NCBI RefSeq assembly: GCF_006345805.1
Contig: NC_043007.1
Span: forward strand, 59,954,001-60,018,000
Source of the DNA: Octopus sinensis
Taxonomy: Eukaryota
DNA length: 64,000 bases
Direction: 5' to 3'
A program made the position numbers and the translations under genes. The notes under the pieces are model-generated. The model saw only the letters and a list, made by a program, of their open reading frames with translations, was not told the origin of the DNA and made no database searches. Below, piece after piece: positions 1 through 14,260 of the stretch; the stretch's first letter is position 1; the number at the start of each line of letters is the position of its first letter.

Positions 1-1081
1 TAAAAGACACCGTTAGGATAAGTACTTGGCTTACAGAGAATAAGTCTTGGAGTCAATTTCTTCAACTAAAAGCTCCTTAAGGTGGTGCTCCAGTATGGCC
101 GAAGTCAAATGACTGAAACAAGCAAATGAATATATATATATCTATACCATAATGGAGAAAGCTGCTTATTAATTAGGTATGTAACCATTACTAAAAGTAC
201 TAAAAGAAAGCAATTATTAAAGGGTTGACCGTCCGGAAATATTTTCATGTACTAAGAAATTGCCTATAATTTCGATTTCTCAAGTTTCTTGAATTTTTTC
301 AACTCCAATTTCTCGTAAATTTAAACATTCATTGCATTCACTGCGGAGTATTCCATTTTCATTTGCAAAGTCTCTCACTTTATCTTTTAAGTTTTCATTC
401 GCTATTTGGAAAACCGACAGTTTATTCTATTAATGTATACGTAATTTATTATTTATTTTATGAAAATTTTTAAAATACCCGTATAATTTTTGGACGCGGG
501 GTAGCTGTAAGAAGAGCCTAGAAAGTTGGGTAATTACTATTAGAAGACGAGGAGAAAAAATAGCTACCGACAAGTACTCGAAACTTGCTCCTTCTTCGCA
601 GTTTCCAAACACTCTGTACCACTAAGCCAATATATACACAAGCAAGTTGCACGAGCGACTTCAACAGTGACACACTCGCACACACACATAGATATGCATA
701 CACACAAATGAAAGGCAATGAATGTGTGTGTGTGTTTGTGGGTGTGTCTCTGTGTGTGTGTGTGTGTGGTGTGTGTGTGTGTGGTGTGTGTGTGTGTGTG
801 TGCGTGCGTGCGTGCGTGTATTTGTTTGCTGTTCACTGACAAAACTTCGTGCTGCATTACTTTTGCGAAGTTTTGTAAGTGAAGTTTTGTCAGTGAACAG
901 GTTGCGGTTTCAAAGCGAAGAAATTATTTTGACACAACTGAAATTTTAATGTTAAAGTGAAACTGGTACTTCTTAAATCAAGAAGTCCCTTAACGGTACT
1001 ACATAAATACAGAGGTACTACTTAAATACAGGTATTACATACAAAACATTAAAAATTTACGCTGTGTGGACGTGTAATGAC

Positions 1082-1150
1082 ACCCTAACCCTAATCCACC
1101 CTAAAACTAAACCTAACCTTAACCCTAAAAACTAACCCTAAAACTAACCA
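1082..1150. repeat. Degenerate (CCCTAA)n-like tract
   Basis: ccctaaccctaa…cctaaccttaaccctaa…taaccctaa. Interstitial, probably transposon-internal. Confidence 0.5.
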
Positions 1151-1511
1151 TCCCCTTCATATCATTATGTATTTAAGAAATGCCGTTCCCACCAATTGTT
1201 TTTGTGAGGAAGGCAGCATGTGCAGCAAATTGACCAGTGTATGTACTGAATTGCCCAGTCATGCTTTTGCAAGTATTCTTTTGGTACCAGTCTGCTGCGT
1301 CCAAAAATTATGTGGTCAATTGTCTCTGGGTGGTCTCTGCATATGCGACGTGATGAGATGCCTTCATATTTCAGAACATTATTCTAGTAACTCCTTGTTG
1401 GAGTGCACAAATATACACGCACACGCAAGGATAAGCTTATACAGTAAGTATATATGTGCAATAGAGATGCAGTAATACAAGCTGTAACATATATTTAATA
1501 AATATATGTGC

Positions 1512-1551
<40 letters not shown>

Positions 1552-1822
1552 TATGTATGTGTGTGTGTGTGGTGTGTGTGTGTGTATGTGTGTGTATGTA
1601 TGTATATATATGCAGTGATATATAGGTGCAGGGATTATATGCTTTAGATATGACCCCACATGTTATATATTTGTTTAATTTATATCAAACATCAAAATAA
1701 TATTACATCTAAGACAAACCTTAAAGCCATAAATAACAAGAAACGCCATTGTTTTCTACTCTTGTCAGTTGATATATGAACTGCTTTAGTTTTACGTTTC
1801 TAATTTCCCCGGAACTTTGGGC

Positions 1823-1897
<75 letters not shown>

Positions 1898-1908
1898 TAT
1901 TATATATA

Positions 1909-1956
<48 letters not shown>

Positions 1957-3209
1957 TATATATATTATATATATATATATGTATGCATGTATGTATATAT
2001 GTATATATATCATGGTGCTGTGGCAAAAGCTAGCTTAGCTAAAGAATTTCGCCTGCAGATTATTGACTGTTGGCTATTTCTATTTCGAAAGCAAGGAAAT
2101 AACTCAGAACACATTTGCAACAGTAGTGTTAGTATCAATATTTGGGCTACTTGAGGAAGCATTTTCATTGATATAAAACCGCGAAAGCTTCTACAGTAAT
2201 AGTCACAGCGAAAAGATGAAGGAAAAGACAAAGTCTGGACAAAAATAAGAAACAGAAGGAAATTTGGAATCTTAAAACAAATGGTGCTTGTCTACGTAAG
2301 CAACAATTAAGGAAAAGCAGGGATCTTGGAAAAGTTCACATGCATTGAGGAATAAAGGATGTAACGTTTCGGAAACTGGTGCGTTGTTACACTATGAGAA
2401 GGTATGGCGTTGTCGATTTGCTAACTTGCAGTAAATACAACACCATTCTTTTTAATCTAGATTCTGTAGTCTTCACGGCTATTGTACTTTCTGTAAGCTC
2501 TTCTAGGAACCTCCAAGTAAACATAATAAGCATATAAACACAGAAGTAGTGATCGATCTAATAACTCCATTAATTCCAAATACTGCGTTGGGGTGTATAA
2601 TACAAAACATAATAGCAGAAAAAAGTATTTGCACTATAACCAGCCGTTACCGGTTTCATCTTTATTGCCTATGCTTTGACTAGCAGCAGAAGTAGGGAAT
2701 ATAGAATAGAGTGAAGGATGGAGAGTGTACAACATGTGCAGGTTGGCACACTGAAGCTTCTGTTTAACACTTTATCTTGGAATGCACCACATGTTTCTTA
2801 GCTACCAGATTCAATCCATATATTTAACAAGCGCAGGCGTCACTGTGGAGTAAGAAATTTGCTTTCCGACTACACGCTACCGTGTGTATGTGCGTGTGTG
2901 TGTTTGTGTCCGTGTTTGTTCCTCACTGCCGCTTGACAACCGGTGTTGGTGCTTTTACGTCCCCGTAACCTAGCGGCTCGGCAAAACAACTGATAGGCTT
3001 TAAAAAATAAGTCATTGGGTCGATTCAAAAGTGGTGCCCCAGCATGGCTGCTGTCAAATGTCCGGAACAAGTAACAGATGAAAAGTAAAAGATAGTATAC
3101 ACACATGTATGTGAATATGTGTTGGGTTTATTTTAACATGAATATAACAAATGAATGGCCCACAATACGTTTGCTTTACCAGCACTCATACTAAAACTTG
3201 AGCTACTCT

Positions 3210-3545
3210 TGGCAGCGATGAGGCAGAATCGTTAGCATGCCAGACAAAATGTTCCGTCTTTATGTTCTGAGTTCAAATTCTGCCGAGTTCGACTTTAACT
3301 TACTTCCTTTCGGGATCGGTAAAATAATTACCAGTTGAACACTGGGGTAGATGTAATCTACGAGCCCCAAGCCCCCGAAATTGCTGGCCTTATACCAAAA
3401 TTTGGAACCAATATGAATAATATGAATAAGGTGGCGAGCCGGCAGAATTGTTGACACGCCGGGGAAAATGGTTAGCGGCATTCGGTCCGTCTTTGTGTTC
3501 TAAGTTCAAATTCCTCCGAGGTCGACTTTAATTTTCTTCCTCTCA
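3210..3545 (+). mobile_element. SINE family B, two tandem copies. Further copies at ~7383-7550, 8940-9082, 18008-18230, 19640-19960, 20480-20670, 24320-24488, 31595-31995, 34400-34790, 35155-35370, 36370-36590, 37760-38130 and 60955-61390
   Basis: Recurrent ggcagaatcgttagc…ttctgagttcaaatt…gtcgacttt…ggccttgtgccaaaatttgaaacc. Confidence 0.8.
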
Positions 3546-3559
3546 AAATGCAATTTACC

Positions 3560-4290
3560 ATCATCAATGACGATACAAAGTCCTTGGAGGTGGCATCATA
3601 TTCCTTTGTCAATATTTACAAATGTTCAAGTATCGAAGTGCATACATGGGTTAAGACTTCAATACATGAGGTAAATTGCATGTTGAGAGATGGTTATAAG
3701 ACCCTCAGAAAATGTTCCGTGACTGATGACCAGAGATACGCAACCCATGGAATTTGCAATGTGCTGCAGCAATAGAACATTAGATGAAAGGCCGTACTCA
3801 TATCAGCAAGTTTTGCATTGCTACGCTGTTAGAAATCTTCAGAACGGTAATATCCAAAGTAGCCTATAATGGATCAATAATCGATATATTAGCTCTTACT
3901 TAGTTCACAGGAACGATAAATAACAATAAAACACCTGATGCACAAAAGGATAGCGATGCAAATAAAAAATTTGGAAGTGATAACTAATGTAGACTGTGGG
4001 ATTAATCATTAAAGACGGGGTCCACAACTTAAGCAACTGTCAGAAAATATCATCATGGGGTGGCCAGTCTATCAGACATGAATGCCATGGCCAAGACACT
4101 ACACAATGCTATCCAAAGAAAGGTGAGTCCTGAAGATCAAAATATAAGACGTTATATTTAGCAGTAGAAAACACTCAATTTGAAATGAAGGAAGACTGAT
4201 GGAATGTTCCAATCAAAATTTCTGTAAAACGTAAACATAACAGATCAGATGTAATGGTTTGCAACAGGTGTCCGCAGAAGTAAGAATTAC
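3560..4290 (+). pseudogene. Highly decayed R4/Dong-like remnant (RT end to RLE)
   Basis: YKVLG near 3575 and WNVPIKISVKRKHNRSDVMV near 4200-4260 (RLE HNRPD motif). Confidence 0.55.
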
Positions 4291-4802
4291 TGTATTTGCC
4301 TGTGTATAAGACGTACTCTCGCATAAGATACACCCTACTTTACAAGCACATTTTGTGGGGAAGAATAAAAGCAAGTATAATATATTTCATCATATGCTCA
4401 TACATTTGCTATCCCCATACGAATACGTTTGCATTAGACACATGGCAATTATTTGTTAGACTTAAGAATTAAATAAGGGCGTCTTCTATGATAGTTGTCC
4501 AGCAGACGTTAACATATTGTTATAAACAGAACGAAAATGAATCCTTTTTATACCGAATTAATAAGAAATCTATGGAGGCACATGGCCTAATGGTTAGGAT
4601 GCTGCACTCACGCTCGTAGGATCATGGTTTCTACATCCAGGCCGGTGGTGCGTTGTATTCTTAGGGGAAACACTTAATTTCACATTAATTCAATTCACTT
4701 AGCAGTAAATAGGTAGCCTTGCGACACGTTCAGGAGGAATATTGGCCTGTCCGCCTTAGCCAGCGGGTTGGCATCATTCGGAACCTTACAATAAAGAATG
4801 TA

Positions 4803-5210
4803 TGTGTGTGTGTGTGTGTGGTTTAGTGGTTAGGTTGTTGAACTCACGACCGCTAGATCGTGGATTCGATCCCCAGACACGTCAGTGCGTTGGGTTCTCA
4901 AGCAAAGCACTTAATTTCACGTTGCCCCTAGTCACCTCTCTTTCGATCCGGGATGAATGTTGACCGGCTCGTCTGATAATTTCTTTATTATTAGATTATT
5001 GATCTAATAATAAAGAAATTATACATCTCCCGCTGGTCAGACGAGCCGGTCAACATTCATCCCAGATCGAAAGAGAGGTGGCTGGGGGCAACGTGAAATT
5101 AAGTGCTTTGCTTGAGAACCCAACGCACTGACGTGTCTGGGGATCGAATCCACGATCTAGCGGTCGTGAGTTCAACAACCTAACCACTAAACCACACACA
5201 CACACACACA
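4803..5210. repeat. ~400 bp near-perfect palindrome of a SINE plus flank
   Basis: Centre loop tattg at 4997-5001; arms differ by about 3 transitions and a ~15 bp indel (5023-5037). Confidence 0.9.
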
Positions 5211-5288
5211 CACACAGAAACACACACAAACACACACACACACACACACACACACAACACACACACACAAACACACACAAACACACAC

Positions 5289-5327
<39 letters not shown>

Positions 5328-5448
5328 GTATATATATGTGTCTATATATATATGAATGTGTGTATATGCGTGTTTGTGTGTGTGTGTAATTCAGTTTGGT
5401 AATACAGGAAGGAAAAGGAAAAAATCGTAACATGAAGACAGCACCAAC

Positions 5449-5517
<69 letters not shown>

Positions 5518-5963
5518 ACAGCAGTAGCAGCAATCAGAATTGACGTTCTAACGTTGTCAAGGTTTACAAAAGCAAGAATCTTGCCAACCATTCACTGTAA
5601 CAAAATGATTTTACTTATATTCGAATTTGTTGCCGTTCTTTGCTGTTGTTATCTCTTTTGTTAGCTTTTGTCTTTTGCCTGCTTGCTTATTTTTTTTATT
5701 TATATTAATTGTACTTACTGCTTTTAGCGCACATTTGTTACGCTTTGTTTCATTTATTATTTCTTTTTTTTTTTTTCTCCTTATTAGATTCTATATTAAG
5801 AAAATATAAATAGTTTTTAACCATATTTTTCCTTCTGTAGTATTTTCCTTCGGCTCTCTTTTGCAAATTTCTTAGTCTATATTTAGATTCTTCATCTTGT
5901 TACGATTTGTTTCAATGGCATTTTTCTCATAGCAGCAAAAGGAAGCGAAAAAAATATACGGAA

Positions 5964-6420
<457 letters not shown>

Positions 6421-6578
6421 GAAAGTGAGAGTGAGAGAGAACTGGCTTAAGGTCGATTTACACAATAAGGCTAAACGTATGTGTTTAGACATGCGTTTAT
6501 AAATTTACTTTCAACTTATTCAGAAGCACGGTGTCTCACCACTTTATTAAAGTAGAACGTATCGCCAACGAGTAAAGT

Positions 6579-6722
6579 GATATGCAAATGGGCAAAACAG
6601 TGTCGGTTGTTCATATCATTCTTTATAAGTAGCTGTAAGCTGCTGTTTCTCTCGTGATAGCTTACAGAGACTTATGAAAATGTTATGAACAACCGACTCT
6701 ATTTTTGGCTGATTTGCATGTC
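6579..6722. repeat. Imperfect ~140 bp palindrome (probable small MITE)
   Basis: Paired blocks atgcaaat/atttgcat, gtcggttgttcata/tatgaacaaccgac, ctgtaagct/agcttacag. Confidence 0.65.
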
Positions 6723-6942
6723 CGTATATTCTGATGGTCATCGAAACTAGTCAAACTTGTTCTTAATTCTGTTGCGCAAAGCGACTACTTCTAGTTTAAA
6801 GTGCGGAATCTATTTACACAATGACATTAAAAAGAAGGAAGGACAGAAAGAATTGAATGAATTTATTTATATTTATTTAACGTAAGCGTGTATATTCTAT
6901 ACGCCACACATGGGCCATAGTATTAGAAATCTTCTGAATGGC

Positions 6943-7002
<60 letters not shown>

Positions 7003-7697
7003 GAGGGGAGAAAAGACTCAGATGTGATTTCTGGAACAGTGTTATCTTTGAGTGGAATTTACATATGTTGAACTGTATTTTCTTACTTAGTAAACAATAC
7101 TTTGTTGAGTGGTTGAAGTTAAATCTTGGCTGGTTTATAAATAAATAGACAATTAAAATAAAAAAGAATGTGAAAAAAATTTGGAAAATTCGCAGTAAAC
7201 AAGAAGGAAGGAAAGAAAGAATTGAATGAATTTATAAATGAATGAAACAGTAATGGCAACGAAACAGATTTTGTTCTATTTCTTTCCCAGTAGGGTTGAT
7301 ATCCAGAAAAATTTCTAAATCAAACAGAAAATGTGGCAAAAAGAAAGTAAAGAATAAAATTAAAAAGTAAAAGAAAATATTGATTTCAAATTTTGGCACA
7401 AAACCAGCAATTTTGGGGTAGTGGGGAGCGTAAGTCGATAACATCGACTCCTATGTTCAACAGGTACTTATTTTATGGACCCTGAAAGAATGTAAGACTA
7501 AGTCGACGTAGCCGGAATTTGAACTCAGAACATAAAATTGGCCAGAAATATTAATGAGTTCTTTGTGTGTCGCTCAACTTTATCATATTTGGATTTTAAA
7601 ACATATTGGCCAATGCTATGCGATGAGGCCATCTTCAGTAAAATATTTCATTTTGTTTACTAATATACATACATACATACATACATACATACATACA

Positions 7698-8156
7698 AAG
7701 CTGAAGATCAATGAAAAAGGGAATACCTATGCTAGACTATTGAGAAATCTGCAGTTACTCTATCCAGATTACAAGTTCAGGTTTATACCCGTAATTATTG
7801 GAGCCCTGATATATGTAACACACTGCCTAAATACCAATCTTGAGAAATTAGGCTTCTCAAAACCAGAAAGGAGGAAGCTAATTTGAAGACTATAGATCCA
7901 ATCCATCACTGGAACTCTAACATCTGTAAAACTTTCCAGAAGTTTATCATATATATGAGCATGTCTAAATATGCAACTATATGCATGAGGATACATACAT
8001 CAAGCAAAACATACAAATCTGCACATATACATGCATACAAACAAACAAAAATACCCTGTTGTTGATGTGGAAATTTCAATGAAGGAGCCTTGAATCTAGG
8101 TTAGAAACCGGCTCTTTCTCTATTGACCAGAAATCTTGAAATAAAACTGAACAATG
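7698..8156 (+). mobile_element. R4/Dong-like non-LTR retrotransposon 3' end in a (CATA)n array
   Basis: EKGNTYARLLRNLQLLYPDYKFRFIPVIIGALIYV...KICKTF (restriction-like endonuclease C-terminus) plus 3' UTR; (CATA)n on both sides. Confidence 0.8.
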
Positions 8157-8242
8157 ACATACATACATACATACATACATACATACATACATACATACAT
8201 ACATACATAATACATACATACATACATACATACATACAAACA

Positions 8243-8275
<33 letters not shown>

Positions 8276-8289
8276 GCATACATTTATGA

Positions 8290-8720
8290 TCCCAAAAGCA
8301 GAACCACCCACATAGCAAACAAAAAAAATATTAAGTTCATGCCGGAATGTAATGTATAAAATGTATACAGCAGAGAAGAAACCTGGTTTCAGAGTGGTTG
8401 GACTACAAGAAAGCTTTTGATTTCGTCTCCCCCACATGGATGCTAGAAGCCCTTCCAGAGAGTATTGTCAAAGCCATAGCTGATTGACTTCATCGTGGGC
8501 CACCATCTTGAAGTTAGATACAAGGAGTGATTGTATTATTATTTATAAAATACAGTATCGCAGAGGTATATTTCAGAGGGACAGCCTTTCTGTGATGCAG
8601 TTCATACTTTCAGTAAACCCCTTGTCTGTTAAGGAAGTCTGAAGGGTATTTCACTGGAGATAGAAATACCAAAATTACACCCTGCTTCTTAGTGGATGAC
8701 TCAAAACTGTATACCATGAG
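8290..8720 (+). pseudogene. R4/Dong-like reverse transcriptase remnant
   Basis: WLDYKKAFDFVSPTWMLEAL, RRGIFQRDSLS, FLVDDSKLY. Confidence 0.75.
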
Positions 8721-9250
8721 ATGAAAAAGAGCCATATTATATAGTTGTTTATTTCTTTATTGTTATCATGGTTTTATCAGTTTTATACCAATGTCTACAG
8801 CACCACTAGGTCCGTGCCACCCCAGGATTGACCATAACCGATTTTTTCCCAGAGAGAAAGGCATGGAAAAAGAGAGAAAGGGGAAAGAGTGTGTGTGAGA
8901 GAGAGAGAGAGAGAGAGCGAGAAAGTGAGAGAGTGGGACGAGGGTCGAATTGGCACCATTACTGGCTGGTACTTTATTTGTCGATTATGAAAGGATGAAA
9001 AACAAAAATGACTTCAGCAAGATTTGAACTCAGAGCGAAACATTCTGTCCGACGCTCTAACGACACTACCAATTCACCGCCTTCTGTACACCTATTCTCC
9101 CATACATACAGACATACTTACATACGCAGAAACACACACACACGCATGCTGTATGCGCGCATGTCTAGGCGTGGTTATATGTACACCTGTGAGCATATAT
9201 GTGTGTGTGTACATATATATTTATACATATATGTATATATATGTGTGTAT

Positions 9251-9387
<137 letters not shown>

Positions 9388-10298
9388 ATGTATATATACA
9401 AAACATACATGCATTCATACATATATATGTAACTTTAGTAACAATATTGTGTGATTGTGAATAACTATGCATGCCATATGCTTAATAACCACGCTTTTCG
9501 TGTCACTATGAAAATATATCCACGGAGCTTAATCACTGGGTCTGTTTTTACAACGAGATTAAATATGCTTTATTAAACATATGTTATATGACTCCGTATA
9601 CACACACACGCATACACACATACATACATACATTTGCGTGTGTTTACATACATACATATATACATACACGCACATACGCACACATAAGCACGTACGGTGT
9701 CATTCACATATGTTTAATATAACATGAGATACTTTACCAGTCTGCTTTGACAAGGAAATACAGGCACCTTTTCTTTTCCATGCTGGTTCTAAGGTAAGAA
9801 GTGATGTGCAGGACGCTATAAAGGCGACTGAACACAGGCATTTTCATTTATGGCCAGACGCCCAACCCTTACATTTTCTAAGATAGCACTTCCCGAAGTA
9901 GATGATGGTGACGAGAGTTAACACTACATTCCTGTAAATTCCTCTAAAAGTTTAGTCATTTTGGTGAGTTTTGTGTGTTGAATGATCCTGCGCAGAAAAG
10001 GAAACTGTAAGCCGGTGATTACAAATATGAGAGTGTACCTACCCTGATTACTCAGAGTTGTGCCAGATATCTAAGGTTCTCTTACTCGCTCCAGGTAATT
10101 GTCAGCTCGTTTTTGTGACGCATGTAATATCCCGAGGAGTCAAACAGCCCAGTCGTGCTTAGTTAAATCTTTGTCCTGTGTCGCAGACTTTAGTTAGAGG
10201 CAAGAACTAAGGGAATAAAGCTGAAATGAAATTATATCACGAGAAATATTGTGGATCAATGTTAGCTTGCAATTCCCAGCATCTTTTGTTTAGCCAGC

Positions 10299-10758
10299 GG
10301 AATTCTGATTTAAGCACCCCTTATAATTCCACATAACTTTATTATTTTGGGGAATTTTTAGAGATTTTTGCTAATTTGTGTGTGATTTAAAGGCGATTTA
10401 GCTGTTGTTCTTAGCACATCTCACGACCACCTGATACCTTCCTCGTTTCATTGTCATTCTATAAACATATTTGATAGGATGATGATGCACCCAAAGGCGG
10501 TCCATTGTTGAGATTAAAGCAAAAAATTCGGTCTCTCCATATTTTAAACTCTGTTTAAAATAAAAAAGATTCGAAATAGAGTGAAACTTTTAGGATTTAT
10601 AGGGGTGGCGTTATGCAATTTTCTTTTTGTTTTTGTTTTTTTTTTGCATAATCGTGTCAACTCCCGTGTGAAGAACACAAATTACAAAATTTATCTGAAA
10701 ATTTCAAAAATTAAAAAAGTTATGAGGGGTTATATGAAGTGCTTAAACCAGAATTTCA
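10299..10758. mobile_element. Decayed MITE with ~60 bp imperfect TIRs
   Basis: aattctgatttaagcac…cataacttt versus aaagttatg…gtgcttaaaccagaatt. Confidence 0.5.
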
Positions 10759-11053
10759 CAGTTCAATCACTTAATAGTTTGCAGCTAACATTACTTTGAT
10801 TTTCTCTTACCGCCGAGAAGCAATTGCGATTCGCTTAAAATAAAGTAAAATATAATTTAATACAACACTTGCAAGAAACTGTAGTGATTATATACACTTA
10901 TACTTACCATCACAGATATCCATAACCCATCAAGAGAATGGTTGGATGGTAGCATTGACATTATCTAGATGATAGCCATGATCGCTAGTGCCCCACACCA
11001 GCAGATATAGGTATACACACACACCGCACTCATATGCATGCATATATATATAT

Positions 11054-11864
11054 CAGTGGTGACTCCAGCACTCGGGCTATTCGGGCTTAGCCCGAGTATA
11101 AATTTACTAAAGTGAATGTGTATTTACGAAGCAGATTTAATTTCTGCCAACACTGTCATTAAGTATGTAATTTCAGTCAGTAACTCGGGCACCTTTTATT
11201 GAGCCTGGTTGCAGTTTATTATTTTCGTTCAGCGTCTGGCGGTCGTCATAGAGGTGTCCTGTGTCAAAAAATACCATTCGTAGCAGACATTCTCTTGACA
11301 TCGTTCACGCGCACCTGACTCGGGCTCAGAAGTTACAGCCCGAGTTATTATCTGTAATCATAAAAATTTAAAATAATTCAAATTCAATGTTTTCTTGAAA
11401 TAATAAATTTCTATAGAGATTAGGATTTAAATTCCAATCTATGAAAAGTTTCTGTTCTACAATATTCTTAAAGAAACGAAAAATTATCCAACAACTCGGG
11501 CTAATACGAAAGAGCCTGGTAGATATAAAAGTCTAATTGGTGTCTCTTGTCGAAGTACAAGCGACAGTCAGATCGCTGATGGTTGTTGTGCACTCCGCTG
11601 TCGTTATTTGATTGCTCTTATTCTATGCGTCTGTGTGTAAAGATCAGTTGTGTTTTGCTAGGTTGCTTTATGTTTACCCTTAACTTAGAAATGGAGAAAG
11701 ACATAGTGCTAGATATTAAAAAATAAGCCATTTGGGGCAAGAAATATTGCGGCAAAACGTAAAACCCTTGGAGCAGGCATGTGTCTTATGCGAAATCTGA
11801 GATGAGCCCAAGTAACGAAATCTGTAATGAGCCCGAGTGACACTGAGACCTGGAGTCGCCTCTG
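11054..11864. mobile_element. Non-autonomous hAT-like DNA transposon
   Basis: 15 bp imperfect TIRs cagtggtgactccag / ctggagtcgcctctg; 8 bp flanks atatatat / atatatac; about 9 CTCGGGC(T)/AGCCCGAG motifs. Confidence 0.7.
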
Positions 11865-12069
11865 ATATATACATATATGTATAATCATCACAAATTCTGA
11901 ATAGCGGGTTTTTGTGGTATTTTTGTGATATTTTTGCAATTTCCACATCTATAATTTTATTAAACAGTTATTTACAACATTAGTTCGTGGACCTACGCGC
12001 GTTTTAACTGCATTACTGCTAGATATTCATTCTGGTGCCATTGTTGGTATAATATATTATGTATACATA

Positions 12070-12116
<47 letters not shown>

Positions 12117-12152
12117 CATTATGTATACATATTATATTATATGTATATATGA

Positions 12153-12224
<72 letters not shown>

Positions 12225-12396
12225 TAGGTAGATATACATACATATGTGTATGTGTGCGCGCATCTGTGTTGTATTTGTTGCTTCATTTCCCTTCACTTTC
12301 GATTCAGAAACGCCCCACTGTTATGTGTTTTGATTTCCCTGAAAATGTCACCTTTGAGGCAACAAAAGAAGTTACTGCTGCTGGTGCTGCTGCTGT

Positions 12397-12458
<62 letters not shown>

Positions 12459-12507
12459 GTACTACTACTATTACTACTACTACTACTACTACTATACTAA
12501 TACTACT

Positions 12508-12540
<33 letters not shown>

Positions 12541-14260
12541 TCGTAATAATTTTCATTATTCAATGTAAGCACGGTGGCAGCTCCACCCAGTATATATTAA
12601 CAGTGATACGAGTAAGTTACAATACAGTCATTATAATCATTATTTTCATTCATAGTTACGTCATTAGACCTCATGAAACCTCCAACATATTTCTACAAAA
12701 TTTGTTTTAGTATTTGCATGTGTCGGCGGGGGATTAGAGGACTATTCAATCCATTTTTCAGATTTTCTTCATCTTTGATTAAATACTTTGTATGCAGTTA
12801 TTCATAGCACTGAAAGATATAGCGTTGACATAGTTCTTAAGAGTTGACTTGGGCAAACCGTTGACATTCTAAATCAACTTATGGTATTTTAGGTGTGTCA
12901 ATGAACATACCAAACCACATAGCGCTCAATATAATAGACGGAAAGTATGCGCTATCTTAATATATATTGTTCGTTGGGAACCCCCCCCCCCGCATATATG
13001 TATACACCGACACATATATGTATGTGTGTATGTATATGATTGTGGCGTATGTGTGGGAGCGATGATAAATGAATAATGACTCGATTGCTGGAGAGCCGAG
13101 GAGAAAAGGCTTTCATGGTAGATATAGTTGAAGCATGTAAAAAAATTTTAGAATTTTAGTGCAAATAACATATTAGTTGCTATATGGTTGGAGTGATCAC
13201 CGTTGCACCTGGTTGGATGTGATGGATGCTAGGATAATGGAAGGAAACAGATTACTACAGTATGAGCCCTCGCCTCTCCCCAAAAAATGGAACTTCCCTG
13301 ATAAGATCAATGCTGCACAGTATCTTCGGACGTCGCAGTACAATTGGCAGGAACCGAAATCGTTATGATTCCCTGTTGGTAGCTGATAAAGGTAGCGCCC
13401 ATCAGTGCAATCTGTATGACATATATATAACATTCATTCAATGCTCTAAATGATCTATTTACAAGTTATATCTACAATGAAGATTTATATAACCTCTTAT
13501 AGTTTACTTGTTTACAGCAGCCATACTGGAGGGGGCGATGCCTTTAAAGATTTAGTCGTACAATCGACCCCAGTATTTATTTTTAAGCCTGGTACTTATT
13601 GTATCGGTTCTTTGACCGAACCGCCAAGTTACAGAGTGGGGGATAAACACAAAGCAAAACAAACTCAAAGACACAAACAGTAATATGCATTATGTGTGTG
13701 TGTGCATTTGTGTATGTGTGTGTATACGCGCGAACTCGACTTCTTTCAGTTTCCGTCTACCAAATTCTCTCACAAGGCTTTGGTTGACCCGAGGCTATAG
13801 TAGAAGACATTTGAGCATGGTGCCGCGCAGTAGGACTGAGCCCAAGACCACATAATTAGTTTCTTAACCACACATTCACGCCTACGCCTACAATAGCAAA
13901 TAGATAAGATAAACTACGGTAGAATCTGACTTTCTTTAATTTATTGAAATAACCTGAATTTGTTTGATTCCATTGACGTCGGTTATTTGTAAACATGACG
14001 AACATACTAATATCATTTTAACTCATGAAAACGAAAGCTTCCAGAGTGATTTTATTTATATCAAATCAAATAAAGATCCAATTTTATGCTACATTTCGCT
14101 GTTTCTTTTATCTAATTATCTGAACAATACTTATGCAATTAACCGAATTATTTAATTACCAGGTATGTAATTAAGCAAAATCGACGCTATACGCACGAAC
14201 GCACACACATAAGCACATACGCACACGCACACGCACGCACACACACACACACATATGTAT

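Noticed and set aside
1082-1150. Telomere or telomeric fusion
   Set aside because: Short, degenerate and interstitial; such tracts are common inside transposon derivatives.
6830-7236. ~35 bp direct repeat (aagaaggaagga.agaaagaattgaatgaatttat) 370 bp apart
   Set aside because: Low-complexity, and the interval shows no element features; probably a small local duplication.
13177-13400. Non-repetitive 63 aa ORF as a host exon
   Set aside because: No recognisable domain, non-ATG start, no convincing splice sites.
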